A stretch of 64,000 bases of DNA from a bacterium (GCA_037146995.1 JBAWWA010000003.1:24663-88662); one strand, 5' to 3'; shown: positions 9,501-18,513, counted from the first letter of the stretch. Numbers and translations are program-made. The notes: generated by a model not told the origin, from the letters alone.

Positions 9501-9851
9501 ATGGAGAAAGACCAAGAATTCCTGATCAGCGTTGTAAAAGCAATCGTTGCCAATCCTAATGACGTTGTTGTAGAGAGAACTATTGACGAACGTGGCGTGC
9601 TCTTGACTTTAAAAATCAATCCAGAAGATATGGGTTATATGATTGGTCGTCGTGGACAAACAGCGCAAGCTGTTCGTACATTACTACGCATCGTTGGAGC
9701 TCAAAATAATGCTCGCGTAAACTTAAAGATTTACGAACCAGAGGGTTCACATCGTGCTCCTCGTCCAGAGTCAACACATGAAGCTCGTCCAGAAACAGCC
9801 TCAATGATGGAGGATATCGACACTTCAGCTTTGGATGATTTGAAAATCTAA
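9501..9851 (+). CDS. KH-domain RNA-binding protein (YlqC/UPF0109-like) with a C-terminal extension
   Basis: MEKDQEFLISVVKAIVANPNDVVVERTIDERGVLLTLKINPEDMGYMIGRRGQTAQAVRTLLR. It has the GxxG KH core (IGRRGQ) and the conserved rpsP-KH-trmD gene order. Confidence 0.8.
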   Translation: MEKDQEFLISVVKAIVANPNDVVVERTIDERGVLLTLKINPEDMGYMIGRRGQTAQAVRTLLRIVGAQNNARVNLKIYEPEGSHRAPRPESTHEARPETASMMEDIDTSALDDLKI

Positions 9852-9877
9852 ACCGTCTAGTCTATTTATATAGCATC

Positions 9878-9906
9878 AAAAAATCCGCACTCACGCGGAT
9901 TTTTTG
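9878..9906 (+). terminator. intrinsic terminator after the KH gene
   Basis: AAAAAATCCGC-ACTCAC-GCGGATTTTTTG: ATCCGC/GCGGAT stem extended by A:T pairs, followed by a T-run. Confidence 0.6.
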
Positions 9907-9927
9907 TCCATATGCTATAGTAAAAAT

Positions 9928-10593
9928 ATGAATTTCCATTTACTTACAATTTTCCCGGCCATCCTCGACTCCTATCTTAACGAGAGCATTATTAAGCGTG
10001 CGCAAAAAGAGGAAATCATCAAGATCAATAAAATTAATCTTCGGGACTACGCGACCGACAAACATCAGACTGTTGATGACACGCCTTATGGCGGTGGAGC
10101 TGGCATGGTGATGAAGGTTGACGTTTTGTATGCAGCCATTCAAGGCATCAAAGCCATAACCCCTGATTGCAATATTGTCCTACTCTCCGCCAAAGGCAAA
10201 CGCTGGAATCAAGCTAGAGCTAGAGAATTCAGCCAGCTCGACAATGTCGCCTTTATTTGCGGCCGCTATGAAGGTGTCGATGAAAGAATTACAAAATTCA
10301 TTGATGAAGAAGTGTCAATTGGCGATTTCGTCCTGACAGGTGGCGAACTTGGTGCAGCTGTCATTATCGACTCGGTCACTCGTTTACTACCAGGCGTTCT
10401 TGGCAATGCTGAAAGTACTATCTCTGAATCCCATACCGAAAAAAATCTCCTTGAATATCCTCAATACACTAGACCAGAAATATTTGTCGCAAACCAAAAA
10501 AAATACAAAGTCCCAACCGTACTACTCTCTGGTAACCATGCCGAAATAAACGAATGGCGAAAGAGTAAAATGAAAAAGAAAAGGACCACTTAA
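9928..10593 (+). CDS. trmD: tRNA (guanine37-N1)-methyltransferase
   Basis: MNFHLLTIFPAILDSYLNESIIKRA... DDTPYGGGAGMVM ... GRYEGVDERI ... SIGDFVLTGGELGAAVIIDSVTRLLPGVLGN are classic TrmD motifs. The start was moved to the ATG at 9928. Confidence 0.92.
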   Translation: MNFHLLTIFPAILDSYLNESIIKRAQKEEIIKINKINLRDYATDKHQTVDDTPYGGGAGMVMKVDVLYAAIQGIKAITPDCNIVLLSAKGKRWNQARAREFSQLDNVAFICGRYEGVDERITKFIDEEVSIGDFVLTGGELGAAVIIDSVTRLLPGVLGNAESTISESHTEKNLLEYPQYTRPEIFVANQKKYKVPTVLLSGNHAEINEWRKSKMKKKRTT

Positions 10594-10610
10594 AGTGGTC
10601 CTCTTTTTTA
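10582..10610. terminator. bidirectional hairpin terminator
   Basis: AGGACCACT-TAA-AGTGGTCCT is a perfect 9-bp stem with the trmD stop codon in its loop. A T-run follows and an A-run precedes it. It sits between convergent genes. Confidence 0.65.
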
Positions 10611-11204
10611 TTCCTCCAGGTCGAGCCTGGTCAATACGCCATTTTCAATCAAAAAGTATTCTTTACTCTTTTGAATCGAAAAGGGATTTTCCTCAAATTC
10701 CAATGGGACTAACGTATTAATTTCATTTTGATACTTTAGAGTCGTGTGATTATCCTTAGTAATTCTGGCCAAGCGATTAAAAATTGTCTGATCATACAGG
10801 TCAAGCAATGTCTTCTGATCACTTTCGAGCATGGCTCCGCCAAATTTTTTGTCAAAGAAATCACGCGAGTCCACTGAACAATTATACTTCTCTAGCACCT
10901 CATCCATATTCATGGTTTTATGACAAAATGCACATGGCGCCTCAACCAGAACGTAATTTGTGTAATCGAAAATATTACCTGCAAAAGTAGTGAACAGTTC
11001 CTTGGTAATCAAATCACCATGGAGACATTTACAATCAAAAACTCTTAGCAAGATATAAAAATACTCAGGTGAAACACGATGCTGAATCTTTAGCAGAGCG
11101 TCAATAACCGAAAAATTATTAAGCGCCAGCCTAGCAATTGATTCCTCCAGATTATCACCCCCGATCATACCAGGCAAAATCATGCGACTTTCGTGTACCG
11201 GCAT
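10608..11204 (-). CDS. hypothetical Cys-containing protein
   Basis: Roughly 198-202 aa. The ATG at 11204 is preferred because AAAGGTGG lies 8 nt upstream, whereas the track GTG at 11216 abuts the SD. Contains CKCLHGD and CAFCH. No family recognised. Confidence 0.5.
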   Translation of the reverse strand: MPVHESRMILPGMIGGDNLEESIARLALNNFSVIDALLKIQHRVSPEYFYILLRVFDCKCLHGDLITKELFTTFAGNIFDYTNYVLVEAPCAFCHKTMNMDEVLEKYNCSVDSRDFFDKKFGGAMLESDQKTLLDLYDQTIFNRLARITKDNHTTLKYQNEINTLVPLEFEENPFSIQKSKEYFLIENGVLTRLDLEE

Positions 11205-11285
11205 AACAAACACCACCTTTCACTTAAAATGTGCAAATTTAGACTACATTATCACTATGCCTAGCTTTTGTCCAGTCCCAATTAG

Positions 11286-12272
11286 TTATTTTTTCAACAA
11301 TTGCAAAATCAACTGAATCATGCGATTTTTGTTTTTGGGTTCACTTTCCGCTATAAATAGTGTCAGTGCCGTCAGGGCCGGCGGAGTGATTTTCGCATTA
11401 TCGAGCAAGCCGGCCTTTTTGAGATACCAGACAAAAGCAAAAGCTCCGCTACGCTTGTTGCCATCAATAAAGGGTGTTTTTTTGACCAAATAATAAAATA
11501 AATTAGCCGCCTTTTCTTCAACTGTCGGATAGAGTGACCGGCCGGCAAACGATTGCATGACACTGGCTACAATTTCTGCTACCGCATCACTGTCTTTTTC
11601 AAGTCCAAACTGCTCATCTGCCTCTCCTTGCTTAATCAGCTCCGACCTCAAAACACCTAACGCTTTTTGAAGTTGCATCGTAGTTAGCTCAACTGTTTTC
11701 CTTGTTTCGCCAGCCACTTTCAAACTATCCTTGTCGTAAGCGTCAAGAGATAGCCAAGTGTCAGCAAATGCAGCGAGCAATTCTAGTACGCCGTTCGTAT
11801 CAAGTACCGCATTACTCGGCATCAAGTGCTTGATGTTGTGCACCACCTCCATGAAGTGTTCGTAATTTTTCTCTATCATGACCGGATTAACGGTAAAACC
11901 CTTGGTGATATGCTGTTTCAAAGTCTTGGTAGCCCATTGACGAAAACTAGTCGCCTGCTTTGAATTTACCCGATAGCCAATAGAGATAACCAAGTCTAGA
12001 TTATAATACTCGAGCGTTCTTTTGATACTCCTCTTGCCCTCCAATTGAACTGTTTCCATTTTGGAAACAGTTGCCTTTTCTGATAATTCCCCAGAATCAA
12101 AAATATTTTTGACGTGCTTAGAAATGGCCGCTTTTTGTACATTAAAAATCTCGGCTACTTGTTGCTGGGTCATGAGCAGAGTTTCATGCTCCCCATCAAG
12201 CCGCACCTCAATAGCCCCGCTTTTACCCTGAAATATCGCCACTTGTTTTGTGTTTTTTGCTTGATTTTTCAT
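11286..12272 (-). CDS. RhuM-N-like / Doc(Fic)-like fusion protein with a degenerate Fic motif
   Basis: The N-terminus (QQQVAEIFNVQKAAISKHVKNIF...YYNLDLVISIGYRVNSKQATSFRQWATKTLKQHITKGF) is RhuM-like. The C-terminus (LYPTVEEKAANLFYYLVKKTPFIDGNKRSGAFAF) matches the Doc motif HxFx(D/N)(A/G)NKR, but with Thr in place of the His. Confidence 0.7.
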   Translation of the reverse strand: MKNQAKNTKQVAIFQGKSGAIEVRLDGEHETLLMTQQQVAEIFNVQKAAISKHVKNIFDSGELSEKATVSKMETVQLEGKRSIKRTLEYYNLDLVISIGYRVNSKQATSFRQWATKTLKQHITKGFTVNPVMIEKNYEHFMEVVHNIKHLMPSNAVLDTNGVLELLAAFADTWLSLDAYDKDSLKVAGETRKTVELTTMQLQKALGVLRSELIKQGEADEQFGLEKDSDAVAEIVASVMQSFAGRSLYPTVEEKAANLFYYLVKKTPFIDGNKRSGAFAFVWYLKKAGLLDNAKITPPALTALTLFIAESEPKNKNRMIQLILQLLKK

Positions 12273-12351
12273 GTCTTAAATTATATCATGTTCCAAAAAC
12301 AAAAACAGCGCTACAAGTAACGCTGTTTAAAAAATGAAAATCGATAAATAA

Positions 12352-12735
12352 CTACCCCCCAATACTCTGAATCGTAAATTTGACGAGGGCGTAGGAGGAG
12401 AAGATGATGGCAAGACCGATGGTCGACCATAGCAAGATACTTTTGCCCTTGTCTACGGCTTTGGCATTGCCTGCCGAGGTTAGCCAAAGAAACCCGCCAT
12501 AAACAAACATGAGCAAGGTCAGTGAGCCAACAATTCCCAGTGCACCCTGAATAATGTCACCAATGAGTGCTTGCGGGGTTGAGGCTTTTATGGGGTTTAC
12601 TAGCCTAACAGTACCTATTGGTGCTGACTTGTTGCCTTGACCAACGTCAACTCTAGATGAAGGATCAGCCGCCATAACAATTGCACTGTTTAACAGCTGA
12701 AAAATTAAAAATCCATACAATATAATCCTATTCAT
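12352..12735 (-). CDS. TrbC/VirB2-like 'T4SS pilin' family small membrane protein (paralogue 1)
   Basis: From the ATG at 12735: signal-like MNRIILYGFLIFQLLNSAIVMA, then GSLTLLMFVYGGFLWLTSAGNAKAVDKGKSILLWSTIGLAIIFSSYALVKF, i.e. two TM helices around an AGN-K loop. Shares IFSSYALVKF with 20626..21030. Confidence 0.65.
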   Translation of the reverse strand: MNRIILYGFLIFQLLNSAIVMAADPSSRVDVGQGNKSAPIGTVRLVNPIKASTPQALIGDIIQGALGIVGSLTLLMFVYGGFLWLTSAGNAKAVDKGKSILLWSTIGLAIIFSSYALVKFTIQSIGG

Positions 12736-12794
12736 ATGGTTTATTTTACATCTTTTATAAAAAAATGGGAAGTTATTATACTTCCCATTGGTGA

Positions 12795-13835
12795 TTATTT
12801 TACAACCATTGTTATTCCACAATTTTCCACGCCAATCATTCTGAATTTACTACTCTTGTAATCACTGGCGTTTACCCTGTCAATATCAGATTGAACCCAA
12901 AGTCTTGACTCCGTACCATCATCATATACGACTTTAAATTTTTTATTATCTGCCAAATAACGAACTTCACTTAATTCATTTACTGTTATCCAGTATGGTG
13001 TTTGCTCGCCAGCCTTTACTGATTCTTCATATTCACCTTTAGAAAAACTAACTGTCTCTGGCAAATTATCCTTCATATTAACCCACTCTTGCCCCATCAG
13101 GGCAACGAGGGCCGAACGAATGGCCGAAGTACGTGCCTCTTCACCAGGTTTTTTGGCTAGCTCCTTGCCTATCACTAACAACTCTTGCGCCTTTTTACTG
13201 CGCGTAGTGTCATCGAGATGACGACCAGCCTTGGTCAAGGCACCGACTTGCTGTTCGATCGGTAGGTTTTGATTACTACCTAAGTAGTAATTTGCAATTT
13301 TTGCTGCCATCTTTGGGTGAGCGTCAGCCGCAAAATCAAACCAGTACTCTTCACCGGCCGTGCCGTGCTCTTTGACACCGAGATTATACAAATCATCGGC
13401 CAAAGGCCAGGCGCTTTTGGGAAAAAATTGTTGAAAGTAGGCGAAGTTTTCGCTACGCTCGCGCTTGCCCATTGTGCCGGGATTGCGACTATCGTTCAAT
13501 GTCTTAATCAAGACCTTGCGCGCTAGTGGCTCATACTGAGACAACAACTGAACCACCCTTTTAGGGTCATTGCGTCTCGCCTCACGCATCTGCTCTGTCG
13601 CCCCATTAAAGTTATTGGACTTGAGAAACACCCTCACACAATCAACATAAATTTCGGCCCGACGGGCCAGACTGCTGGTCTGATGCACCGCAAGCTCGTA
13701 ATTGGTAAATGCAGAGCCATAAGTGCCGTTGGCCTCAAACTGCTTGCCAAGCGCATGATAATCCATGCCACCGGCCAAAGCCGAAATAGCAAAAAATACT
13801 ACCAACATCGGGGCCAAAAATAATGCTTTTTTCAT
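12795..13835 (-). CDS. hypothetical secreted protein
   Basis: 346 aa with an N-terminal signal peptide (MKKALFLAPMLVVFFAISALAGG). Visibly higher GC than its neighbours. Lies directly upstream of pilin paralogue 1 on the same strand. Confidence 0.55.
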   Translation of the reverse strand: MKKALFLAPMLVVFFAISALAGGMDYHALGKQFEANGTYGSAFTNYELAVHQTSSLARRAEIYVDCVRVFLKSNNFNGATEQMREARRNDPKRVVQLLSQYEPLARKVLIKTLNDSRNPGTMGKRERSENFAYFQQFFPKSAWPLADDLYNLGVKEHGTAGEEYWFDFAADAHPKMAAKIANYYLGSNQNLPIEQQVGALTKAGRHLDDTTRSKKAQELLVIGKELAKKPGEEARTSAIRSALVALMGQEWVNMKDNLPETVSFSKGEYEESVKAGEQTPYWITVNELSEVRYLADNKKFKVVYDDGTESRLWVQSDIDRVNASDYKSSKFRMIGVENCGITMVVK

Positions 13836-14091
13836 GACAATTCTCCTTTTTAGTCTTTGACTACTGGTTTTGAATTACGCCAAAATGGCCAATCAAGCTT
13901 AAAAACACGTTAACAATAATATTAATATCTTTATGAAAGAGCAAATTTATCTTTTATATAAGCATATAGCGTAATAATTGTCAAGATAACTAAATGATAA
14001 AATAACTAATATTAGCCATAAAATCTGATATCGCAATAACTACTCCTAGTCTAAAATCCAAAAAAACGCTATAATTGCCTCTATACCACCA

Positions 14092-14108
14092 AATAATTGA
14101 CAATTATT
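14092..14108. promoter_or_regulatory. perfect 17-bp palindrome overlapping a TTGACA -35 box
   Basis: AATAATTG-A-CAATTATT (8+1+8) contains TTGACA (14097-14102). The 12-mer TTGACAATTATT recurs inverted at 13973-13984, where it is the -35 of a minus-strand promoter. Confidence 0.4.
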
Positions 14109-14183
14109 AAATAATTTGTTATTTTACTTGATTGTGTTCATTTAAATTACAAAAAAATACACCAAAAAAGGGAGGAATAAAAA

Positions 14184-15308
14184 ATGATCCAGACAACAGA
14201 ATTATTTGTGGACAGAGAAGAAAGGGGTCAACGCTATGCATACATTATTTTAGAATTGTTTGTGCTAGTATTTTGGCCATTACTGGTTTTCACGGCCCTG
14301 CTAAATTTATTTGAGCCATGGCTTTCAATCCCTGTCTCACTCGTAGTGCTCTTTTGGCCAATTATCAAACGGCGCTATGCCGATATTATTGCCAAAGAAA
14401 ATGGAATTAAGGATCCTCGTCATGCCATTCGCTGTTCTAGTTTTTGGTTTGATGGCTTCATGTTTCAGGGCTCACCCGTTTTACGTCAAATCAGACAAAA
14501 TGCGGCATTATCAAAATCACTCGACGTAATTTACAACTACTTTGGACGCTTCAATATTGCGCCGGAAGGCTATTCAGAAAACTGGTGGAATGAAAGCGGA
14601 CCATCGCAATTAGTCAACACACTCATCAAAAAATGGACAGATTTCTGGTGCTGCATGCCAATTGCCCAAGATGTGAGGTCAAGACTCCTACTTGTACAAA
14701 AAGAAATAGAAACCTCTGTGCTAGATATCTACCTTAATACCGGCAAAGAAGAGATTAGTATTGTATTACTCGCTGGTGGCACCAAACAAGATGTTATTAT
14801 GGCCAGTCGGACTTTACTAAATAAAATTCCAAATCTCAAGTTAAAGGTTGTTTGCGTAGAGCCTGATGGTAAGTTTGCCGTCTCACGGTCAAAAAAACTA
14901 GCGCAACTACTCAACCTCGACACATCAATATTCGTCGACATCTTCAAGCAAATCTGCGTTGACGAAGGTAAAGAACAACTACTTTGTGACGTACTGGCTG
15001 AAAAAAAATATGTTTTCTCTGATTTCGATTTAGTGATCTGCATCGGCCTCGGTGATTACATGTTTGGCAATAACCTAAACAAGTTTATGAAAATGATTGA
15101 TAATGGCAAAAAAATCATCACGGCCAATATCAGCGACAATTACGTCGAACGCTTTTTCTTGCACCTACTTATTCATTGGCCAGCTATGCAATACCTAAGC
15201 TTGGCCCAATACAAAGCGGCGCTGTTAAGAAACTATCCGAATCGCACAATTCGTATTACACAAACTCCTCATCGTATTTTTAATGTAGCTGTTATAGAAA
15301 GCAGATGA
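14184..15308 (+). CDS. membrane-anchored protein with a possible class I SAM-methyltransferase-like fold
   Basis: GGGAGG SD. Two N-terminal TM helices. The C-terminal region (ISIVLLAGGTKQDVIM...FDLVICIGLGDYMF...WPAMQYLSLAQYKAALL) loosely resembles Rossmann methyltransferases. This is a weak call. Confidence 0.35.
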   Translation: MIQTTELFVDREERGQRYAYIILELFVLVFWPLLVFTALLNLFEPWLSIPVSLVVLFWPIIKRRYADIIAKENGIKDPRHAIRCSSFWFDGFMFQGSPVLRQIRQNAALSKSLDVIYNYFGRFNIAPEGYSENWWNESGPSQLVNTLIKKWTDFWCCMPIAQDVRSRLLLVQKEIETSVLDIYLNTGKEEISIVLLAGGTKQDVIMASRTLLNKIPNLKLKVVCVEPDGKFAVSRSKKLAQLLNLDTSIFVDIFKQICVDEGKEQLLCDVLAEKKYVFSDFDLVICIGLGDYMFGNNLNKFMKMIDNGKKIITANISDNYVERFFLHLLIHWPAMQYLSLAQYKAALLRNYPNRTIRITQTPHRIFNVAVIESR

Positions 15309-15393
15309 CTCATAGTCTCTGCATCCAAGGGAATCAATTGATTCCCTTTTTTGTTGATCAAAAAAATGTTATACTATATACAATATTAAACTT

Positions 15394-17532
15394 ATGAGCT
15401 TTTTTGTTTTATCACCATTAATCAATACGATCACGAGTGCTTTGTTGATTTTATTATTAATATTCAAAGCTCAAAAGAGTAAAATCATCAGAAGCTTTAT
15501 CTACTTCTGCTTAACCGTTTCGCTTTGGAGCATGAGCTACTTTGTGTGGCAATTAAGTTCTTCAGCCGAGCAGGCTCAGATCTGGATTAAAATACTTATG
15601 GCTTTTGCCATTTTAATACCCGTCTTTTATTTAAAATTCGTCGTTTATTTTCTCGAAGAAACTGGCCACGTCAATGCTCTCTTATACACAAGCTATACAC
15701 TGGCCGCCTTTTTTGAATTAGCTAATTACAAAAATTATTTTTCTACCGGGGTTCAGTCAAAAATGGGTTTTCAATTTTGGCCAGACGCGGGACTATTATT
15801 TGGCCCTTTTCTAATATTTTTTTTCACCCTCGCTTCATTTACCACCTACCTCCTAATCAAGCACTTTGCAGCTGCTTCGCCAGTTAGACGTCAGCAAATA
15901 AAATACATCATTGCTGGTCTCCTAATAGGCTTTGGCGGAGGGGCAACAAATTATTTTCTCTGGTTAGATATACAGGTAAGACCGTATGGCAACATCGGCG
16001 TATCTTTTTTTATACTTCTCGTTACCTACGCCATCATCACTGAACACTTACTGGATGTTAGACTAGTGGCCAGAAAATACTTTGTTTATATTGCTTTCAT
16101 TACCACCATCACGTCCATGTTTGTGAGCGTGCGCTATGCAGTTCATTTTTTCATACCGGTCAAGTATGCTCAAATAACCGACCTTGTACTGCTTATCATT
16201 TCGTTATTACTGGCTAGTCCCCTCAAAAATTATTATTACATGCTAGCCAACAAACACTTGTTTTCTTCGCTTTATGATCCAGAAGACGTAATTGAAGAGA
16301 TAAGCAATCAATTGCATGCCACTATCGATTTGCAAAAAATCTGTGAAGCGATTTATAACACCTTAAAAAATAATTTTCATTTAAAGGCGATGGCCATACT
16401 GCGCCTTGAAGATCGCTCAAGTAATTTTTTACCACTCTTTGTTCACGACCTGATATTTCCTAAAAACTTTTTACCAAACAACAATTTTCTCTATGATCAT
16501 TTTTTAAGTTATAACGAAGCTATTACTACTGCTCAACTCAAAGAGCTCGAAGAGGAAAAACTAACCACCATTATCAAATCGCTTGAAGACTTCAAGATCG
16601 CCGTGCTTGTACCATTGATTATCAAAAATGATGTGATCGGCATCTTGGCCTTGGGCGACAAAGAGTCAAAAGATATTTTTAACGAAGAGGATTTGCGAGT
16701 ACTCAAAATCATTGCGGCTCAAGGTGCAACAGCAATTGAAAATGCTAGGCTTTATACTGAGGTTCAAACTTTTGGCACCACATTGCAAAAGCGCGTCGAC
16801 GAACAGACCAGAGATATTAACGCCAAAGCAGAACATCTAAAAAAATTAATGGAAATGCGTTCAGAGTTTTTGGACATCACTTCGCATCAGCTACGTACGC
16901 CAGTATCAGTCATCAAGGGTGTACTCTCTATGCTCGAAGAAGGCTCTATTCCGAAAGACCGGGAAAAAGATTTTATCAAAGGTGCCATGGAAAAATCCAT
17001 CAAACTAGGCGAAATTATCAATGACATTTTGCGCGCCTCCGAAATGGATTCTGATAAATTTACCATGACGATCCGCGAAGTCGATCTCAATGAAATGCTC
17101 GCCAAAATAAAGGACGACAAGCGTCGTTCGGCCGAAATCAAAAAACTAAAATTCTTCATGGAGGTGCCGGTACTGCCACCAGTCATGACAGACCCCAAAT
17201 ACGTCGAGCATGCTATTGTCAACTTGATCAACAACTCCATTCAATATACAGTCGAGGGCTCAATTACGGTGACTGCCGAGGTGCAACCTGCCTTTGTCGT
17301 GATTCGCGTTTCCGATACTGGTATCGGCATACCGCTCGAGGCACAACATAAATTGTTTACCAAATTTTCACGGGCGGCCAATGCCGTCACCACCTTTACC
17401 GATGGTACTGGTCTAGGTTTATTCATTATCAAGCAAATCGTCGATGCTAACCCTGGCGCCAAGATAGAAATCGAGCGTACCGAGATTAACAAGGGTACCA
17501 CCTTCGCCTACTGGCTACCCAGAGCTAAATAA
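15394..17532 (+). CDS. sensor histidine kinase (polytopic N-terminus, GAF, HisKA, HATPase_c)
   Basis: 712 aa. H-box SEFLDITSHQLRTPVS, N-box LINNSIQYT, G-boxes VSDTGIGIP and GTGLGLFIIKQIV. The GAF-like region ends DKESKDIFNEEDLRVLKIIAAQGATAIENARLY. About 8 N-terminal TM helices. Confidence 0.85.
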   Translation: MSFFVLSPLINTITSALLILLLIFKAQKSKIIRSFIYFCLTVSLWSMSYFVWQLSSSAEQAQIWIKILMAFAILIPVFYLKFVVYFLEETGHVNALLYTSYTLAAFFELANYKNYFSTGVQSKMGFQFWPDAGLLFGPFLIFFFTLASFTTYLLIKHFAAASPVRRQQIKYIIAGLLIGFGGGATNYFLWLDIQVRPYGNIGVSFFILLVTYAIITEHLLDVRLVARKYFVYIAFITTITSMFVSVRYAVHFFIPVKYAQITDLVLLIISLLLASPLKNYYYMLANKHLFSSLYDPEDVIEEISNQLHATIDLQKICEAIYNTLKNNFHLKAMAILRLEDRSSNFLPLFVHDLIFPKNFLPNNNFLYDHFLSYNEAITTAQLKELEEEKLTTIIKSLEDFKIAVLVPLIIKNDVIGILALGDKESKDIFNEEDLRVLKIIAAQGATAIENARLYTEVQTFGTTLQKRVDEQTRDINAKAEHLKKLMEMRSEFLDITSHQLRTPVSVIKGVLSMLEEGSIPKDREKDFIKGAMEKSIKLGEIINDILRASEMDSDKFTMTIREVDLNEMLAKIKDDKRRSAEIKKLKFFMEVPVLPPVMTDPKYVEHAIVNLINNSIQYTVEGSITVTAEVQPAFVVIRVSDTGIGIPLEAQHKLFTKFSRAANAVTTFTDGTGLGLFIIKQIVDANPGAKIEIERTEINKGTTFAYWLPRAK

Positions 17533-17545
17533 AAATTTCAATTTA

Positions 17546-17580
17546 AAAAGCCCATTCACTAGAATGGGCTTTATTTTTTA
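17546..17580. terminator. bidirectional hairpin terminator
   Basis: AAAAAGCCCATTC-ACTA-GAATGGGCTTTATTTTTT, with an 8-bp GC-rich stem between convergent genes. Confidence 0.65.
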
Positions 17581-17585
17581 ACTCT

Positions 17586-18191
17586 TTACTTTTTACTATT
17601 CATCTTATTAAGATAAGCGCTATAGGCAACGTGCCAAGATGAACGAAAAACGGCGAGAAGCGTTTCATCGTGATACTTACCATCGCGAAAAACGTGATCT
17701 TTCAAACAACCCTGCTCTACATAACCGCACTTTTTACTATAAGCCAAACTGCGTTTATTAAAACTGATTACACCTGACATAACTTTGTGTAAATTCAACT
17801 CATCAAACGCATATTTTAATAATGCCATCTTGGCATCAGTTCCATAGCCCTGACCCCAAAAACACTTCTCACCTATAAATGATCCAGTCATCGCATGTCT
17901 GTTCTTCCAATCAATCTTCTCTAGGCCCATAACTCCAATAGGCTGACCTTCATGAGTCTCGATTGTAAAAATTTGTGAATTATTTTGTGTGTTCATTTTG
18001 TCGATCCACTCGCCCTCTGATTGGTGCGAAATTGGCGCAAATCTTTTTAAAAAGCACCAAATGTCCGGATCATTAATCCAACGATAGAATAAATCATGGT
18101 CAAGAACACGATTTGGTGGTCGCAAAATTGTCTTAAATCCCCTCAGAAATACTACTCCGTTCTGATCTGTGGTTACTGAGTTTTTCATCAC
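17586..18191 (-). CDS. GNAT family N-acetyltransferase (RimJ/RimL-like)
   Basis: 201 aa. WGQGYGTDAKMALLKYAFDELNLHKVMSGVISFNKRSLAYSKKCGYVEQG matches the GNAT motif A/B region. Confidence 0.75.
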   Translation of the reverse strand: MMKNSVTTDQNGVVFLRGFKTILRPPNRVLDHDLFYRWINDPDIWCFLKRFAPISHQSEGEWIDKMNTQNNSQIFTIETHEGQPIGVMGLEKIDWKNRHAMTGSFIGEKCFWGQGYGTDAKMALLKYAFDELNLHKVMSGVISFNKRSLAYSKKCGYVEQGCLKDHVFRDGKYHDETLLAVFRSSWHVAYSAYLNKMNSKK

Positions 18192-18359
18192 TTGCCCCCT
18201 TTTTTTAAATTATTTATCTAGACAACCTAGACAAAAGGATTTTTACCTACCATTTTAAATGTGCGACTCAAATTTATATCTAATATTAGGTAAAAACACT
18301 AAAAATATTACATTGCATTACTTTTTTTACTAGGCGAAACCACATTATTCTTCTCACTA

Positions 18360-18388
18360 TTGACTAATTTGGTAAAATATGCTATAGT
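18360..18388 (+). promoter_or_regulatory. sigma70-type promoter of the 18514-21030 gene cluster
   Basis: TTGACT (18360-18365), 17-nt spacer, TATAGT (18383-18388). It predicts a leader of about 120 nt. Confidence 0.5.
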
Positions 18389-18513
18389 GCTATATTAAGA
18401 TTAGTAATTTCATACCCTCCGCGCATTTTAGGCGGTTTTTTATAAACCACCCCGAAACGGCTAATTAGCCCTTTGACAACTCAAAAAACCTACCCTAAAG
18501 GAGGGAATGAACC

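Noticed and set aside
18473-18501. Second possible promoter TTGACA (18473) -17- TAAAGG close to the 18514 start
   Set aside because: The -10 candidate lacks the invariant final T and overlaps the SD. The upstream TTGACT-17-TATAGT is much better.
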